Source: Anaerolineales bacterium (GTDB taxonomy: Bacteria > Chloroflexota > Anaerolineae > Anaerolineales > Villigracilaceae). From it: a DNA stretch of 64,000 bases. This document shows positions 41,605 to 51,656 of this stretch, piece after piece; position 1 is the stretch's first letter, and the number at the start of each line of letters is the position of its first letter. The stretch lies in assembly GCA_025056175.1 (NCBI GenBank), contig JANWWK010000030.1, positions 108,791-172,790 of the forward strand, given 5' to 3'. Below the pieces are notes generated by a model. It was not told where the DNA came from, made no database searches, and saw nothing but the letters and a program-made list of their open reading frames with translations. Both the position numbers and the translations under genes were made by a program.

Positions 41605-42651
41605 ATGATGATAATTATGCAGCCTGGCGCAACGCGCGCGCAAATCGAACACGTCATTGAACATATCCGTGAACAGCGGCTTTCGCCACACGTCATCGAA
41701 GGTGTCGAACAAACGGTTATTGGCGCGGTGGGCGAGAGCCACGCCGTGCCGACCAGTGTCTTTGAGGGATTGCCCGGCGTTCAAACCGTGCAACGCATCA
41801 GCAAACCTTATAAACTGGCCTCGCGTCAATTCCATCCTCACGATTCCGTCTTTCCGCTGGATGGGTTCACGGTGGGAGGGGAGGAAATTGCCGTGATTGC
41901 CGGACCGTGTTCTGTGGAGGGACGTTCTCACATCCTTGAAATTGCCCATGCCGTCAAAGAAGCCGGCGCCAACGCCCTGCGCGGGGGCGCCTTCAAACCG
42001 CGTACCTCGCCTTACGCCTTTCAGGGGTTGGGCGAAGAAGGCCTGGAATACCTGGCCGAAGCCCGCGAACAGACCGGCCTTCCGGTCGTTGCCGAAGTGA
42101 TGGCAATTTCTCAAATCGAAATCATGACCCGTTACGTGGATGTTCTGCAAATCGGCGCGCGCAACATGCAAAATTTCAACCTTCTGCGCGCAGTGGGCGA
42201 AACCCGCACGCCCGTCCTGCTCAAACGGGGGCTTTCGGCCACCATCGAAGAACTGCTGATGTCGGCGGAGTACATCTTGAGCGGTGGCAACCATCATGTT
42301 ATCCTGTGTGAACGCGGCATCCGCACCTTTGAGACTGCCACCCGTAACACCACCGACATCAATGCCATTCCGGTCCTCAAAGCGCTCACGCATTTGCCGG
42401 TGTTTCTTGACCCTTCCCATTCCACCGGCCTGGCCGATTACGTGACCGCAATTTCCAAAGCCGCCATTGCCGCCGGTGCCGATGGTCTTATCATCGAAGT
42501 CCACCAGGACCCGGCGCATGCCCTGTCCGACGGCAAGCAATCGCTCACGCCCGAAGCCTTTGCCCGCCTGATTCGTCAGGTGCGGGCGGTAGCCGAAGCG
42601 GTTGAGCGCCGTCTGGCTGGCGTTCCACAATCTGCAACCCGTCCGGTCTGA
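41605..42651 (+). CDS. aroF: DAHP synthase, type I-beta with N-terminal regulatory domain, copy 2
   Basis: Start [10 protein letters not shown] after GAGGAG. Same architecture as copy 1. Confidence 0.85.
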   Translation: MMIIMQPGATRAQIEHVIEHIREQRLSPHVIEGVEQTVIGAVGESHAVPTSVFEGLPGVQTVQRISKPYKLASRQFHPHDSVFPLDGFTVGGEEIAVIAGPCSVEGRSHILEIAHAVKEAGANALRGGAFKPRTSPYAFQGLGEEGLEYLAEAREQTGLPVVAEVMAISQIEIMTRYVDVLQIGARNMQNFNLLRAVGETRTPVLLKRGLSATIEELLMSAEYILSGGNHHVILCERGIRTFETATRNTTDINAIPVLKALTHLPVFLDPSHSTGLADYVTAISKAAIAAGADGLIIEVHQDPAHALSDGKQSLTPEAFARLIRQVRAVAEAVERRLAGVPQSATRPV

Positions 42652-42652
42652 T

Positions 42653-43504
42653 ATGGACTCTGGCTTTTCGCTCAAATCTGCTACAGTAGCGGTTGTGGGC
42701 CTGGGGTTGATGGGCGGCTCGCTGGCCCTCGCGCTGCGGGGACAGTGTTCCCGTCTGCTGGGCATAGACCCCGACCTGGCTGCGCTGGAACTGGCTTGCC
42801 GTCAAAACATCGTAGACCAGGCCGAAACAGACCCCGCTAAACTGCTTCCACAGGCCGACCTGGTCATTCTGGCCGCGCCGGTCCCCGCCATCCTTGACCT
42901 GCTCGAAGACCTGCCCAACCTGACGCCCAACTCCTGTATTGTGCTGGACCTGGGCTCGACCAAACGCGCGGTGGTCGAACGAATGGCTGCCCTGCCTGCA
43001 CGTTTTGACCCTATCGGTGGACATCCCATTTGCGGCAAAGAGAAGCTTTCGCTTGCCAATGCCGAACGCACTCTGTACTACGCCGCGCCTTTCCTGCTGA
43101 CTCCGCTCCCGCGTACCACCGAACGCGCCCGCACCGCTGCGGTACAATTGCTCACCGTTTTGGGCGCCAAACCCATCTGGCTCGACCCCATCGAACATGA
43201 CCGCATCCTGGCGCACACCAGTCATCTGCCTTTTCTGCTCTCATCCATCCTGGCGCTGGCGACCCCAGCCGAATGTGCCCCTCTCATTGGCCCCGGCTTT
43301 CGTTCCACTGCCCGGCTGGCTGGCACGCCTTCCAGCATGATGATGGGGATTTTGCAGACCAATCGCGAGAACATCCTCGCCGCGCTCGAAGCCGTGCAAG
43401 AGGAATTGGCGCTTCTCATTTCCGCCCTGGCGGAAGACGACTATGACACCCTGCAGCTGACCCTCGATTCAGCCCGCAAAAAGTATATGGAACTGGTTGG
43501 CTAA
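42653..43504 (+). CDS. tyrA: Prephenate (or arogenate) dehydrogenase
   Basis: Start MDSGFSLKS, 1 nt after the DAHPS-2 stop. Rossmann motif VAVVGLGLMGGSLALAL and a prephenate dehydrogenase C-terminal domain. Confidence 0.8.
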   Translation: MDSGFSLKSATVAVVGLGLMGGSLALALRGQCSRLLGIDPDLAALELACRQNIVDQAETDPAKLLPQADLVILAAPVPAILDLLEDLPNLTPNSCIVLDLGSTKRAVVERMAALPARFDPIGGHPICGKEKLSLANAERTLYYAAPFLLTPLPRTTERARTAAVQLLTVLGAKPIWLDPIEHDRILAHTSHLPFLLSSILALATPAECAPLIGPGFRSTARLAGTPSSMMMGILQTNRENILAALEAVQEELALLISALAEDDYDTLQLTLDSARKKYMELVG

Positions 43505-44811
43505 TGGAAATTACGCCTCTTTCTGCTCCTCTGCGTGCCTCTGTGCGTGTTCCTGGCTCCAAATCACTCACCAACCGCGCTCTGCTCGTTGCAGCGCTGG
43601 CCGAAGGCACAACGCGCCTGACGAATGCCCTCTTCAGCGATGATTCGCGTTATTTTGCGCGCGCTTTGCAAACGCTTGGCTTCGATGTCATCCTGGATGA
43701 AGATGCCAGACAAATGACCGTGACCGGCCGGGGTGGAGAGATTCCCGCTCCTCACGCCGAATTGTACATCGGAAACGCCGGCACCGCTGCGCGCTTCCTG
43801 AGTGCCTTTCTCACGCTGGGACAGGGAGAATACGTGTTAGATGGCGATGCGCGCATGCGAGAACGCCCGATTGGTGACCTGGTGGCCGCGCTCCAATCGC
43901 TTGGGGCGCGCCTGAGCGCTTTGAACGCCAGAGAGAACCCCCAGATGCCCGATTTCTCCTCGCTCTGCCCTCCTCTCAAAATCCACGCTTCCGGCTTACC
44001 CGGCGGTAAAACCACCGTTGCCGGCAACATCTCCAGCCAGTTTCTCTCAGCGTTGTTGATGGTCGCTCCGTATGCCCGTCAACCGGTTGAAATCGAAGTT
44101 TCTACCGAACTTAACTCGAAACCGTATGTAGAGATGACCCTTGCCGTCATGCGCGACTTTGGTGTGACGGTGGAGCGTGACGGCTACCAGTTCTTCAAAA
44201 TCTCTCCCGCTCGCTACAAAGCACGCACGCAGGATTACACCATCGAGTCTGATGCCTCTGCGGCCTCTTACTTTTTTGCCGCGCCCGCCGTGTGTGGCGG
44301 CTGGGTACGGGTTGAAAACATCTCCCGCCGTTCGGTGCAGGGCGATATTGCTTTTCTGGAAGTTCTGCAGCAGATGGGCTGTTCGGTTCGAGAGGAGCAA
44401 AACGCCATTGTCGTTACCTGTCAACCGCCGCTGACTGGCATCGAAATAGACATGCGCGACATCCCCGATACGGCTCAAACCCTGGCTGCGATTGCCCCTT
44501 TTGCTGCTTCTCCTACCCGCATTCGTGGCATCGCCTCGGCGCGCGTCAAAGAGACCGACCGGATTGCCGCTACCTGCGCCGAACTATCCCGTCTGGGCGT
44601 GAAGGTGGAAGAACACCCCGACGGCATGACCATCTATCCGCTTTCGTCAGCCGATTTCCGGCCCGCGATGGTCAGAACGTACAACGACCATCGGATGGCA
44701 ATGGCGTTCTCGCTCATCGGTTTGCGCCTGCCCGGCATTGTTATCGAAAATCCCTCCTGCGTCTCCAAAACCTTTCCCAATTTTTTCACCGTCCTGGAGA
44801 CCCTGCGTTGA
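43504..44811 (+). CDS. aroA: 3-phosphoshikimate 1-carboxyvinyltransferase (EPSP synthase)
   Basis: VPGSKSLTNRALLVAAL N-terminal motif. 435 aa. TAATG overlap with tyrA. Confidence 0.9.
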   Translation: MEITPLSAPLRASVRVPGSKSLTNRALLVAALAEGTTRLTNALFSDDSRYFARALQTLGFDVILDEDARQMTVTGRGGEIPAPHAELYIGNAGTAARFLSAFLTLGQGEYVLDGDARMRERPIGDLVAALQSLGARLSALNARENPQMPDFSSLCPPLKIHASGLPGGKTTVAGNISSQFLSALLMVAPYARQPVEIEVSTELNSKPYVEMTLAVMRDFGVTVERDGYQFFKISPARYKARTQDYTIESDASAASYFFAAPAVCGGWVRVENISRRSVQGDIAFLEVLQQMGCSVREEQNAIVVTCQPPLTGIEIDMRDIPDTAQTLAAIAPFAASPTRIRGIASARVKETDRIAATCAELSRLGVKVEEHPDGMTIYPLSSADFRPAMVRTYNDHRMAMAFSLIGLRLPGIVIENPSCVSKTFPNFFTVLETLR

Positions 44812-45677
44812 TGCTTTCTTCCGCCGCATCTCTTCCCATGCCCTACACCCTCGGTCTGACCGGCTTTCCCCTCGGTCACTCGCTCTCCCCAAAAATTCAT
44901 GCTGCTGCGCTGGCTGCCTGCGGCCTGGAAGGGACGTATGCGCTCTTCCCGGTTTCGCCGGAGCAGCCTTCTGAGCTTGCGGCTTTGCTTCACCGACTGC
45001 GCACCGGAGAAATTCACGGCCTCAACGTCACCATCCCCCACAAGCAGAGCATTTTGCCCCTACTCGATGACCTGACCGAAACGGCGCGTGCGATTGGGGC
45101 GGTGAACACCATTTGCCTGCGTCAGGGAAACCTGATGGGTGACAACACCGATGCGCCCGGTTTCCTGGCCGACCTGAACCGCTTTTTAAGTCAATCCCAC
45201 ATCCCAAACCCGCGCCAGGCGCTTGTTTTGGGGGCGGGCGGCTCGGCGCGTGCGGTGGTGTATGCCCTGTGCAGCGCCGGCTGGCAGGTGACTGTGGCTG
45301 CACGCCGTCTCGAACAGGCACGGCAGCTGGCCCAGACCTTTTCGCAAGCGGCTGTCCGCGTAGCGGATTTTTCCCAACTGCCCGCGTTTGCGGCTCTCAA
45401 TCCCTGCTTTGTGCTTATCAACACCACTCCGCTGGGCATGACGCCCCACACGGAAACCTGTCCCTGGCCCGAAGACCTGCCTTTACCGGCGCAGGCTGTT
45501 GTTTATGACCTGGTGTACAATCCCCGTGAAACCCGTCTTGTTCAGCGTGCGCGTGCGAGCGGGCTGCCTGCCGTCAGTGGGCTGGGGATGCTTATCGAAC
45601 AGGCCGCCCTGGCCTTTGAGATTTGGACTGGCTGCCGCCCGCCGCGCGAGGCCCTTTGGCGCGCTGTTGAATCCTGA
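44811..45677 (+). CDS. aroE: Shikimate dehydrogenase
   Basis: The ATG overlaps the aroA TGA (TGATG). Motifs SLSPKIHAAA, LNVTIPHK and GAGGSARAV. Confidence 0.9.
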   Translation: MLSSAASLPMPYTLGLTGFPLGHSLSPKIHAAALAACGLEGTYALFPVSPEQPSELAALLHRLRTGEIHGLNVTIPHKQSILPLLDDLTETARAIGAVNTICLRQGNLMGDNTDAPGFLADLNRFLSQSHIPNPRQALVLGAGGSARAVVYALCSAGWQVTVAARRLEQARQLAQTFSQAAVRVADFSQLPAFAALNPCFVLINTTPLGMTPHTETCPWPEDLPLPAQAVVYDLVYNPRETRLVQRARASGLPAVSGLGMLIEQAALAFEIWTGCRPPREALWRAVES

Positions 45678-45721
45678 TACTTCGTTTCCCCTTCTCTTTG
45701 TCAACTGTTTCTGGAGTTCCC

Positions 45722-46897
45722 ATGCTTCGTTTGCTGACTGCCGGAGAATCCCACGGACCCTCTCTCACTGCCATTCTCGATGGCATTCCCGCCGGGCTGC
45801 CGCTTGCCCCTGAAATCATCAACCAGGAACTGGCGCGCCGTCAACAGGGATACGGCGCGGGTGGGCGCATGAAAATCGAACGCGACACCGTCCGCATTTT
45901 GGGTGGTGTGATGGGCGGCGAAACCACTGGCGCGCCGCTTGCACTTCTCGTCGAAAACGCCGACCACATCAAGTGGAAGGGCAAACCAATTGCGCCATTT
46001 ACTGCGCCCCGCCCGGGACATGCCGATTTGACCGGCGCCATCAAATACGCTTACCGCGACCTGCGTCCGGCTCTCGAACGCGCCTCGGCCCGCGAAACCA
46101 CAATGCGGGTTGCAGCCGGGGCTATCTGTAAACACCTGCTTGCACAATTCGGCATCGTCATTGGCGGATACGTCTGCGCCATTGGCGAAATTCAGGCCGA
46201 TTTTGGCGCGATGTCTTACCCGGAGCGTTTCCAGGCGGCAGAAGCCTCTGAGGTGCGCTGTCCCGATTCTGGCGCGGCAGACCGCATGAGGGCGCGCATC
46301 GAAGCCATTATTCATGGCAAAGACACACTTGGCGGCGTGCTGGAAATCGTCGCCCTCAACGTGCCACCGGGTCTGGGCAGCTATGCCCAGTGGGATAGAC
46401 GCCTGGAAGCCCGCCTGGCGCAGGCGGTGATGAGTGTGCAGGCCATCAAAGGCGTCGAAATTGGCGATGCTTTCGAGAATGCCCGTCTGCCCGGCACCCA
46501 GGCGCATGATGCCATTTGCCTGACGCCAGAGACCAGCCACCTCACACGCCCTACCAATCGCGCCGGCGGCATAGAAGGCGGCATTTCCAACGGTCAGCCA
46601 ATTGTCATCCGCGCCGCCATGAAACCGATTGCCACCACGCTGACCCCGCAAACCACCGTTGACCTGGCAACCAGACAGCAAGGTCCAACCCGTTACGAAC
46701 GCTCCGACTTTTGCCCCGTGCCGCGTGCCGTGCCGATTTTAGAAGCGATGGTGGCGTTCGTGCTGGCCGATGCCCTGCTCGAAAAACTGGGCGGCGACTC
46801 ATTGGCCGAGATGAAGCCTCGTTTTGAGACGTTGCGGCGCGCCTGTTTGGAGGATTTGCCGATGGAAAACCGCGAACATCTCTGGTGGGAAGGATGA
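45722..46897 (+). CDS. aroC: Chorismate synthase
   Basis: Start MLRLLTAGESHGPSL after GGAG. Typical chorismate synthase signatures throughout. Confidence 0.9.
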   Translation: MLRLLTAGESHGPSLTAILDGIPAGLPLAPEIINQELARRQQGYGAGGRMKIERDTVRILGGVMGGETTGAPLALLVENADHIKWKGKPIAPFTAPRPGHADLTGAIKYAYRDLRPALERASARETTMRVAAGAICKHLLAQFGIVIGGYVCAIGEIQADFGAMSYPERFQAAEASEVRCPDSGAADRMRARIEAIIHGKDTLGGVLEIVALNVPPGLGSYAQWDRRLEARLAQAVMSVQAIKGVEIGDAFENARLPGTQAHDAICLTPETSHLTRPTNRAGGIEGGISNGQPIVIRAAMKPIATTLTPQTTVDLATRQQGPTRYERSDFCPVPRAVPILEAMVAFVLADALLEKLGGDSLAEMKPRFETLRRACLEDLPMENREHLWWEG

Positions 46898-48516
46898 CAC
46901 CTGACGCGAAACGTGATAAATTTATGCGAAAATCCGCTCGCTTCACCGACCCTCGCATGAATCACATCTTTCTTTATGGTCCCCCTGGTTCTGGCAAAAG
47001 CAGTGTAGGGCGCGTTTTGGCCTCCAACCTGGAAATGGAATTTGTTGACCTGGATGCCGAAATCGTGGCCTTCACTGGTCAAACCATCCCGCAAATCATG
47101 GCGGAATGGGGTGAATCTGGTTTCCGTGACATCGAAAGCACTGCCCTGCGGCGCGTGACCAAAGGCCCGCCGCGCGTCATTGCCCTGGGAGGCGGTGCCT
47201 TGCTCCGCGCGCAAAACCGTTCGCATGCTGAATCCAAAGGCGTTGTGATTGCGCTCTCGGCCCAAATGGAAACGCTTCAGGAGCGTCTGGCCCAGGATTC
47301 GACCGAGCGCCCGCTTCTGGCCGATGACCTGCCCGGCAAACTGGCGCGCCTGCTGGAACGCCGCTCTGACCACTACCGCTCCTATGATTTGCGCGTAGCC
47401 ACCGATGGCCTTTCTCCTGAAGATGTAGCCTGGCACATTCAGACCATGATTGGCCGTTTCCGGGTGCGCGGTATGGGACAATCTTATGATGTGGTTGTGC
47501 AGCCGGGCGGCTTCGATACGCTTCCCGATTGGTTGCGGCGCAGCGGCCTGGAAGAAGGCCCGATGGTTATCGTCAGCGACGAAAACGTGGCCCCCCTGTA
47601 TGCCGAACGCCTGATGAAACTGCTCCGACGCAATGGCATGCACTCCACCCTGGTTACCATTCCGGCAGGAGAACAACATAAAACCCTCGAAACCATTACC
47701 GAGTTGTGGCGTAAATTTCTGGCAATGGGGTTGGACCGCAAAAGTACCTTGCTGGCTCTGGGTGGGGGAGTCGTGGGTGACCTGGCCGGCTTCGCCGCCG
47801 CAACCTTCATGCGTGGCATGAACTGGGTTGTTTTGCCCAGTACCTTGCTGGCAATGGTAGATGCCTCCATGGGCGGTAAAACCGGCTTCGACTTACCCGA
47901 AGGCAAAAACCTGGTGGGTGCGTTCTACCCCCCAAAGCTGGTGTTTGCCAACCCCTATATGCTTTCCACTTTGAACGATGCCGAACTCCGCTCCGGCCTG
48001 GCCGAAGTGGTGAAACATGGCGTCATTGCCGACCCGGCTCTGTTTACGCTCTGTTCGGGCGGTTTGGAAGCCGTCAAGGATGATGTTACCCAAATCGTTC
48101 AGCGTGCGATGGCGGTTAAAGTGCAAATCATCGAAGCCGACCCCTACGAAAAAGGCATTCGTGCTGCGCTCAATTTCGGCCACACCATCGGACATGCCAT
48201 TGAAAAAGTCTCAGATTACCGCATTCGACACGGGGAGGCCGTTTCGATGGGCATGGTGGCAGAAGCGCGTCTGGCTGAACGCTTGTGGATTTGCTCCAAA
48301 GGGCTGGCAAACCGCATTGCTGCCACCCTGAACAGCCTGGGTCTGCCCACCGAAATTCCGTCCGATTTGCCGCGCGAAGCCCTGCTCGCAGCCATGAAAC
48401 ACGATAAAAAACGCAAAGGCGGCGTCGTCCACTTTGCTTTGCCTGAAGAAATTGGTCAGATGCAGGTGGGCGTCGCTCTGGATGACCTGCGCCTGGTTTT
48501 CGAGGAAAAATCATGA
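46894..48516 (+). CDS. aroKB: Bifunctional shikimate kinase / 3-dehydroquinate synthase (AroK-AroB fusion)
   Basis: ATGA overlap with aroC. The N-terminal part has the P-loop YGPPGSGKSS and shikimate kinase character. The C-terminal roughly 360 aa has AroB motifs (GGGVVGDLAGFAAATFMRG, DASMGGKTG, LNFGHTIGHAIE). Confidence 0.85.
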   Translation: MTPDAKRDKFMRKSARFTDPRMNHIFLYGPPGSGKSSVGRVLASNLEMEFVDLDAEIVAFTGQTIPQIMAEWGESGFRDIESTALRRVTKGPPRVIALGGGALLRAQNRSHAESKGVVIALSAQMETLQERLAQDSTERPLLADDLPGKLARLLERRSDHYRSYDLRVATDGLSPEDVAWHIQTMIGRFRVRGMGQSYDVVVQPGGFDTLPDWLRRSGLEEGPMVIVSDENVAPLYAERLMKLLRRNGMHSTLVTIPAGEQHKTLETITELWRKFLAMGLDRKSTLLALGGGVVGDLAGFAAATFMRGMNWVVLPSTLLAMVDASMGGKTGFDLPEGKNLVGAFYPPKLVFANPYMLSTLNDAELRSGLAEVVKHGVIADPALFTLCSGGLEAVKDDVTQIVQRAMAVKVQIIEADPYEKGIRAALNFGHTIGHAIEKVSDYRIRHGEAVSMGMVAEARLAERLWICSKGLANRIAATLNSLGLPTEIPSDLPREALLAAMKHDKKRKGGVVHFALPEEIGQMQVGVALDDLRLVFEEKS

Positions 48517-48959
48517 CCGCTCTGCTCATCTTGCATGGTCCGAATCTGAACCTGCTTGGAACACGCGAACCGGACGTATACGGACGTCTTACGCTGGACG
48601 AAATCAACGCTCGTTGTATCGCACTCGGACGTGAATTCGGAGTAGAAGTGCGCTGCTTCCAATCCAATCATGAAGGCGCGTTGATAGATGCCCTGCACGA
48701 GGCGCGTCAGTGGGCCGATGGCGTGGTCTTCAACCCCGGCGGTTACACTCACACCTCCGTAGCCCTGCGCGATGCCATCACCGCCATCGGCCTGCCGGTG
48801 GTTGAAGTCCACCTTTCCAACGTCTATGCCCGCGAGGACTTTCGCCATCACTCTCTGCTCTCTGCCGTCTGTCGTGGCAAAATCAGCGGACTGGGCTGGC
48901 GCTCTTACACGATGGCGCTGCGCTTTCTGGTGGAATTGCTGACCGAAAACCAGCAGTAA
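48513..48959 (+). CDS. aroQ: Type II 3-dehydroquinate dehydratase
   Basis: ATGA overlap with aroKB. Motifs ILHGPNLNLLGTREP and NPGGYTHTSVALRDA. Confidence 0.9.
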   Translation: MTALLILHGPNLNLLGTREPDVYGRLTLDEINARCIALGREFGVEVRCFQSNHEGALIDALHEARQWADGVVFNPGGYTHTSVALRDAITAIGLPVVEVHLSNVYAREDFRHHSLLSAVCRGKISGLGWRSYTMALRFLVELLTENQQ

Positions 48960-49097
48960 GCTACGCTAATGTTACAGGCTCAGGCTTTTTTTATCGCAAT
49001 TTCACTTCGACCATTATCTAAATTGCCAACATCGGGTAAAATCAACCTATCCCTTTCTTTACTTCCCACCTATCTCTGCTCCCTTCTGGAGACCTTC

Positions 49098-50600
49098 ATG
49101 AACCCCACCTATCAACAACTCAAAGCCCGTCTGGCTGAAATTGCCGACCTGCACCACGCTGCTGCTCTCATCGGCTGGGACCAGCAAGTGTACATGCCTC
49201 CCGCCGCCGCCGAAGAACACGGCAACATGCTGGGTACGCTTGGCAAAATTGCCCACGAGAAATTCACCTCCGATGAGACCGGCAAACTGCTCGAAGAACT
49301 TAAACGCGACTTGCCCCACCTCGACCCCGACTCAGAAGAATACCGCCTCATCAAAATCACTGCCAAAGATTATGACCGCGCGACTCGCGTTCCGGCGGAG
49401 TTCGTCGTCGAACAGGCGCAGGTGACGGCCATTGCCCACCAGGCCTGGGCCGAAGCCCGCGCCCGGAGCGAATTCGGCCTCTTTCAGCCGCATCTCGAAA
49501 AAATCCTCGACCTGGTGCGCCGTTACGTCACCTTCTTCCCCCCCGCCGACCATCCCTACGATACGCTGCTCGATAACTTCGAGCCGGGCATGAAAACCGC
49601 TGAAGTGCAGGCCATTTTCGAAGCTCTGCGTCCCCGTCAGGTCGAACTGATTCGCGCGATTGGCGAACGTCCCCAGGTGGAAGACTCCTTCCTGCACCTG
49701 CAATACGATGAAAAAACGATGTGGGATTTCAGCGTTGAAGTCGCCACCGCCTTTGGCTACGATTGGAAACGCGGACGCCAGGACCCCACCGTTCATCCCT
49801 TCTGCACCTCTTTCGGTGTCAACGATGTCCGCATCACCTCTCGCTGGGTGCCCGACCTGCCGTTTGCCCTGCTCTTCGGCACCATGCACGAGACCGGTCA
49901 TGCCCTTTACGAACAGGGTGTGGGCCTTCAGTGGAATCGCACCCCCGTCGAAGGCGGCGCCTCGCTGGGGCTGCACGAATCCCAAAGCCGCATGTGGGAG
50001 AACCTTGTCGGACGCTCCCGCCCCTTCTGGGAATACTTCTACCCCAAACTGCAAGCGCGCTTCCCTTCCCAACTGGCGAACGTCTCGCTAGACCAGTTCT
50101 ACCGCACCATCAACAAAGTCCAGCCCTCCCTGATTCGCGTCGAAGCCGACGAAGCCACCTACAACCTGCACATCATGCTCCGCCTCGAAATCGAAATTGC
50201 CATGCTCGAAGGTAAAGTGGCCGTCCGCGACCTGCCCGAACTGTGGAACGCCAAAATGCAGGATTACCTCGGCCTGACCCCACCCAACGATGCGCTTGGC
50301 GTTTTGCAAGATGTTCACTGGTCAGGCGGTATGATTGGTTACTTCTCCACCTACGCGCTTGGCAACATCATCTCTGCCCAGCTATGGGAAAAATTCAACT
50401 CCACCCATCCACAGCTGGAAGATGAAATGCGTTCTGGCGATTTCTCCGCGCTCCTTTCCTGGCTGCGCGCCGAAATTCACCAGTACGGGCGCAAATACGA
50501 GCCGCAAGAACTGGTTCAGCGCGTCACCGGCGAGAGCATCAACTCGGCTCCTTACCTGCGCTACCTGCAAAAGAAATACGCCGAAATTTACAACCTGTAG
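49098..50600 (+). CDS. M32 carboxypeptidase (Taq-type metallocarboxypeptidase)
   Basis: Start MNPTYQQLK after GGAG. Motifs HPFC, HETGHALYEQG, HESQSRMWEN and QDVHWS. Confidence 0.85.
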   Translation: MNPTYQQLKARLAEIADLHHAAALIGWDQQVYMPPAAAEEHGNMLGTLGKIAHEKFTSDETGKLLEELKRDLPHLDPDSEEYRLIKITAKDYDRATRVPAEFVVEQAQVTAIAHQAWAEARARSEFGLFQPHLEKILDLVRRYVTFFPPADHPYDTLLDNFEPGMKTAEVQAIFEALRPRQVELIRAIGERPQVEDSFLHLQYDEKTMWDFSVEVATAFGYDWKRGRQDPTVHPFCTSFGVNDVRITSRWVPDLPFALLFGTMHETGHALYEQGVGLQWNRTPVEGGASLGLHESQSRMWENLVGRSRPFWEYFYPKLQARFPSQLANVSLDQFYRTINKVQPSLIRVEADEATYNLHIMLRLEIEIAMLEGKVAVRDLPELWNAKMQDYLGLTPPNDALGVLQDVHWSGGMIGYFSTYALGNIISAQLWEKFNSTHPQLEDEMRSGDFSALLSWLRAEIHQYGRKYEPQELVQRVTGESINSAPYLRYLQKKYAEIYNL

Positions 50601-50643
50601 TACACTCTCCTCCCGCAGGCAACTGCGGGAGGTTCTCTAAGAA

Positions 50644-51624
50644 ATGCGAAACGCTGTTTTACTTCTCCTTTTTCTGGCTTTGTTTGGTTGTACCCGTCTG
50701 GAAGGAACTGCCGCAGTGCCGTTTCCTACGCCCGAACCTTCTCCCACGCTGGAAACGCCGCTGCCTCCCTCGGCAGAGACCCTTCCCACTGTCGTTGTGC
50801 TTCCGTTAAGCGAACCGACTCTCTCTCCAACGATTCTTCCTCCCCTTGTCGAACCGACCTGGACGGCGACTGCGCCTGCTTCCACGCCTTCGGCCACCTC
50901 TCCCTGGCGGCGCACCCGCACCCCTTCACCCACCCCCACCATTACGCTGACTCCTACCCTGGATGTCACTTCCCGCTTTCAATTGCGGATTGTCTCGCCC
51001 GGGCCGCTTTCCAAAGTCATCTCGCCGATTTCGTTCATCGTCCACATCCATCCCGATTACACCGGCCTGACGCGCATTGAACTCATCGGCGAAGATGGGC
51101 GTGAAATTTATCGTAAAGTTTTCAAAACTTATTCAAATGTCGGGTACTTTACCAGAGTGGAAGAAAAAGTAACCTTTGAGTTAAAAGGCGCTGCTGAAAT
51201 TGCCCGCTTGCAAATCAGCACCTATGATTCCAAAGGGAACATCTTATCTTTCAATTCCGTGCGACTTTTGTTGCTTGCCACCGGTGAAAACCAATTTACG
51301 CCCTCTTACCCTGCGCAAGAGCGCATTGGCCTGCGTCTGAAGCGGGAAGCCGAAATTACCGGCGGGACGCTCGAATTGCGGGGAGAAATTAATCCCATCA
51401 ACAATACTCCGCTTATTGTTGAGCTGTTTGATGCGGAGGGTCGTATTGTTGGCTCGCGTCTGGTTCAACTTGCCCCCGCCGATGGCAAATACCAGATGTT
51501 CGAGACCAGTATTCCCTACCAGGTTGCCGAGCGCACGGCTGTTCGTCTCGTTTTGCGTCAATCGGACGACCGCATCAGCGGTCTGGCGTATCTGTACAGC
51601 CTGCCAGTTTTCCTGAGTCCATAG
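50644..51624 (+). CDS. Hypothetical lipoprotein with a Pro/Thr/Ser-rich linker and a beta-rich C-terminal domain
   Basis: Lipobox LALFGC, about 90 aa of P/T/S-rich low complexity, then a roughly 210-aa domain. SD GGAGG. No family recognised. Confidence 0.55.
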   Translation: MRNAVLLLLFLALFGCTRLEGTAAVPFPTPEPSPTLETPLPPSAETLPTVVVLPLSEPTLSPTILPPLVEPTWTATAPASTPSATSPWRRTRTPSPTPTITLTPTLDVTSRFQLRIVSPGPLSKVISPISFIVHIHPDYTGLTRIELIGEDGREIYRKVFKTYSNVGYFTRVEEKVTFELKGAAEIARLQISTYDSKGNILSFNSVRLLLLATGENQFTPSYPAQERIGLRLKREAEITGGTLELRGEINPINNTPLIVELFDAEGRIVGSRLVQLAPADGKYQMFETSIPYQVAERTAVRLVLRQSDDRISGLAYLYSLPVFLSP

Positions 51625-51656
51625 CGTGGAGCCAATCCGCGGGTTGCCTGCACAAA

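Larger units (their letters stand above)
40494..42651 (+). repeat. Tandem gene duplication (two DAHP synthase paralogs, head-to-tail, 58-nt spacer)
   Basis: Hand alignment gives 39/66 identical residues in the N-terminal domain and 88/100 in the next 100 residues. Long near-identical nucleotide runs occur, for example around ...GATGGGTTCACGGTGGG.GG.GAGGAAATTGCCGTGATTGCCGG.... Confidence 0.85.

Noticed and set aside
41569-42765. A 398-aa minus-strand ORF opposite DAHP synthase copy 2. Similar cases are 41034..41696, 45701..46681 and 46693..47679, opposite DAHPS-1, aroC and aroKB.
   Set aside because: The plus-strand genes are unambiguous enzymes. The antisense frames show no motifs and are a by-product of codon bias.
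48960-48995. The T-run (CTTTTTTTA, about 48985..48993) after aroQ, considered as the operon terminator.
   Set aside because: I could not find a convincing complementary stem upstream of the T-run. The preceding sequence is a direct repeat, CAGGCT CAGGCT, not an inverted one. It is left uncalled and needs a folding program.
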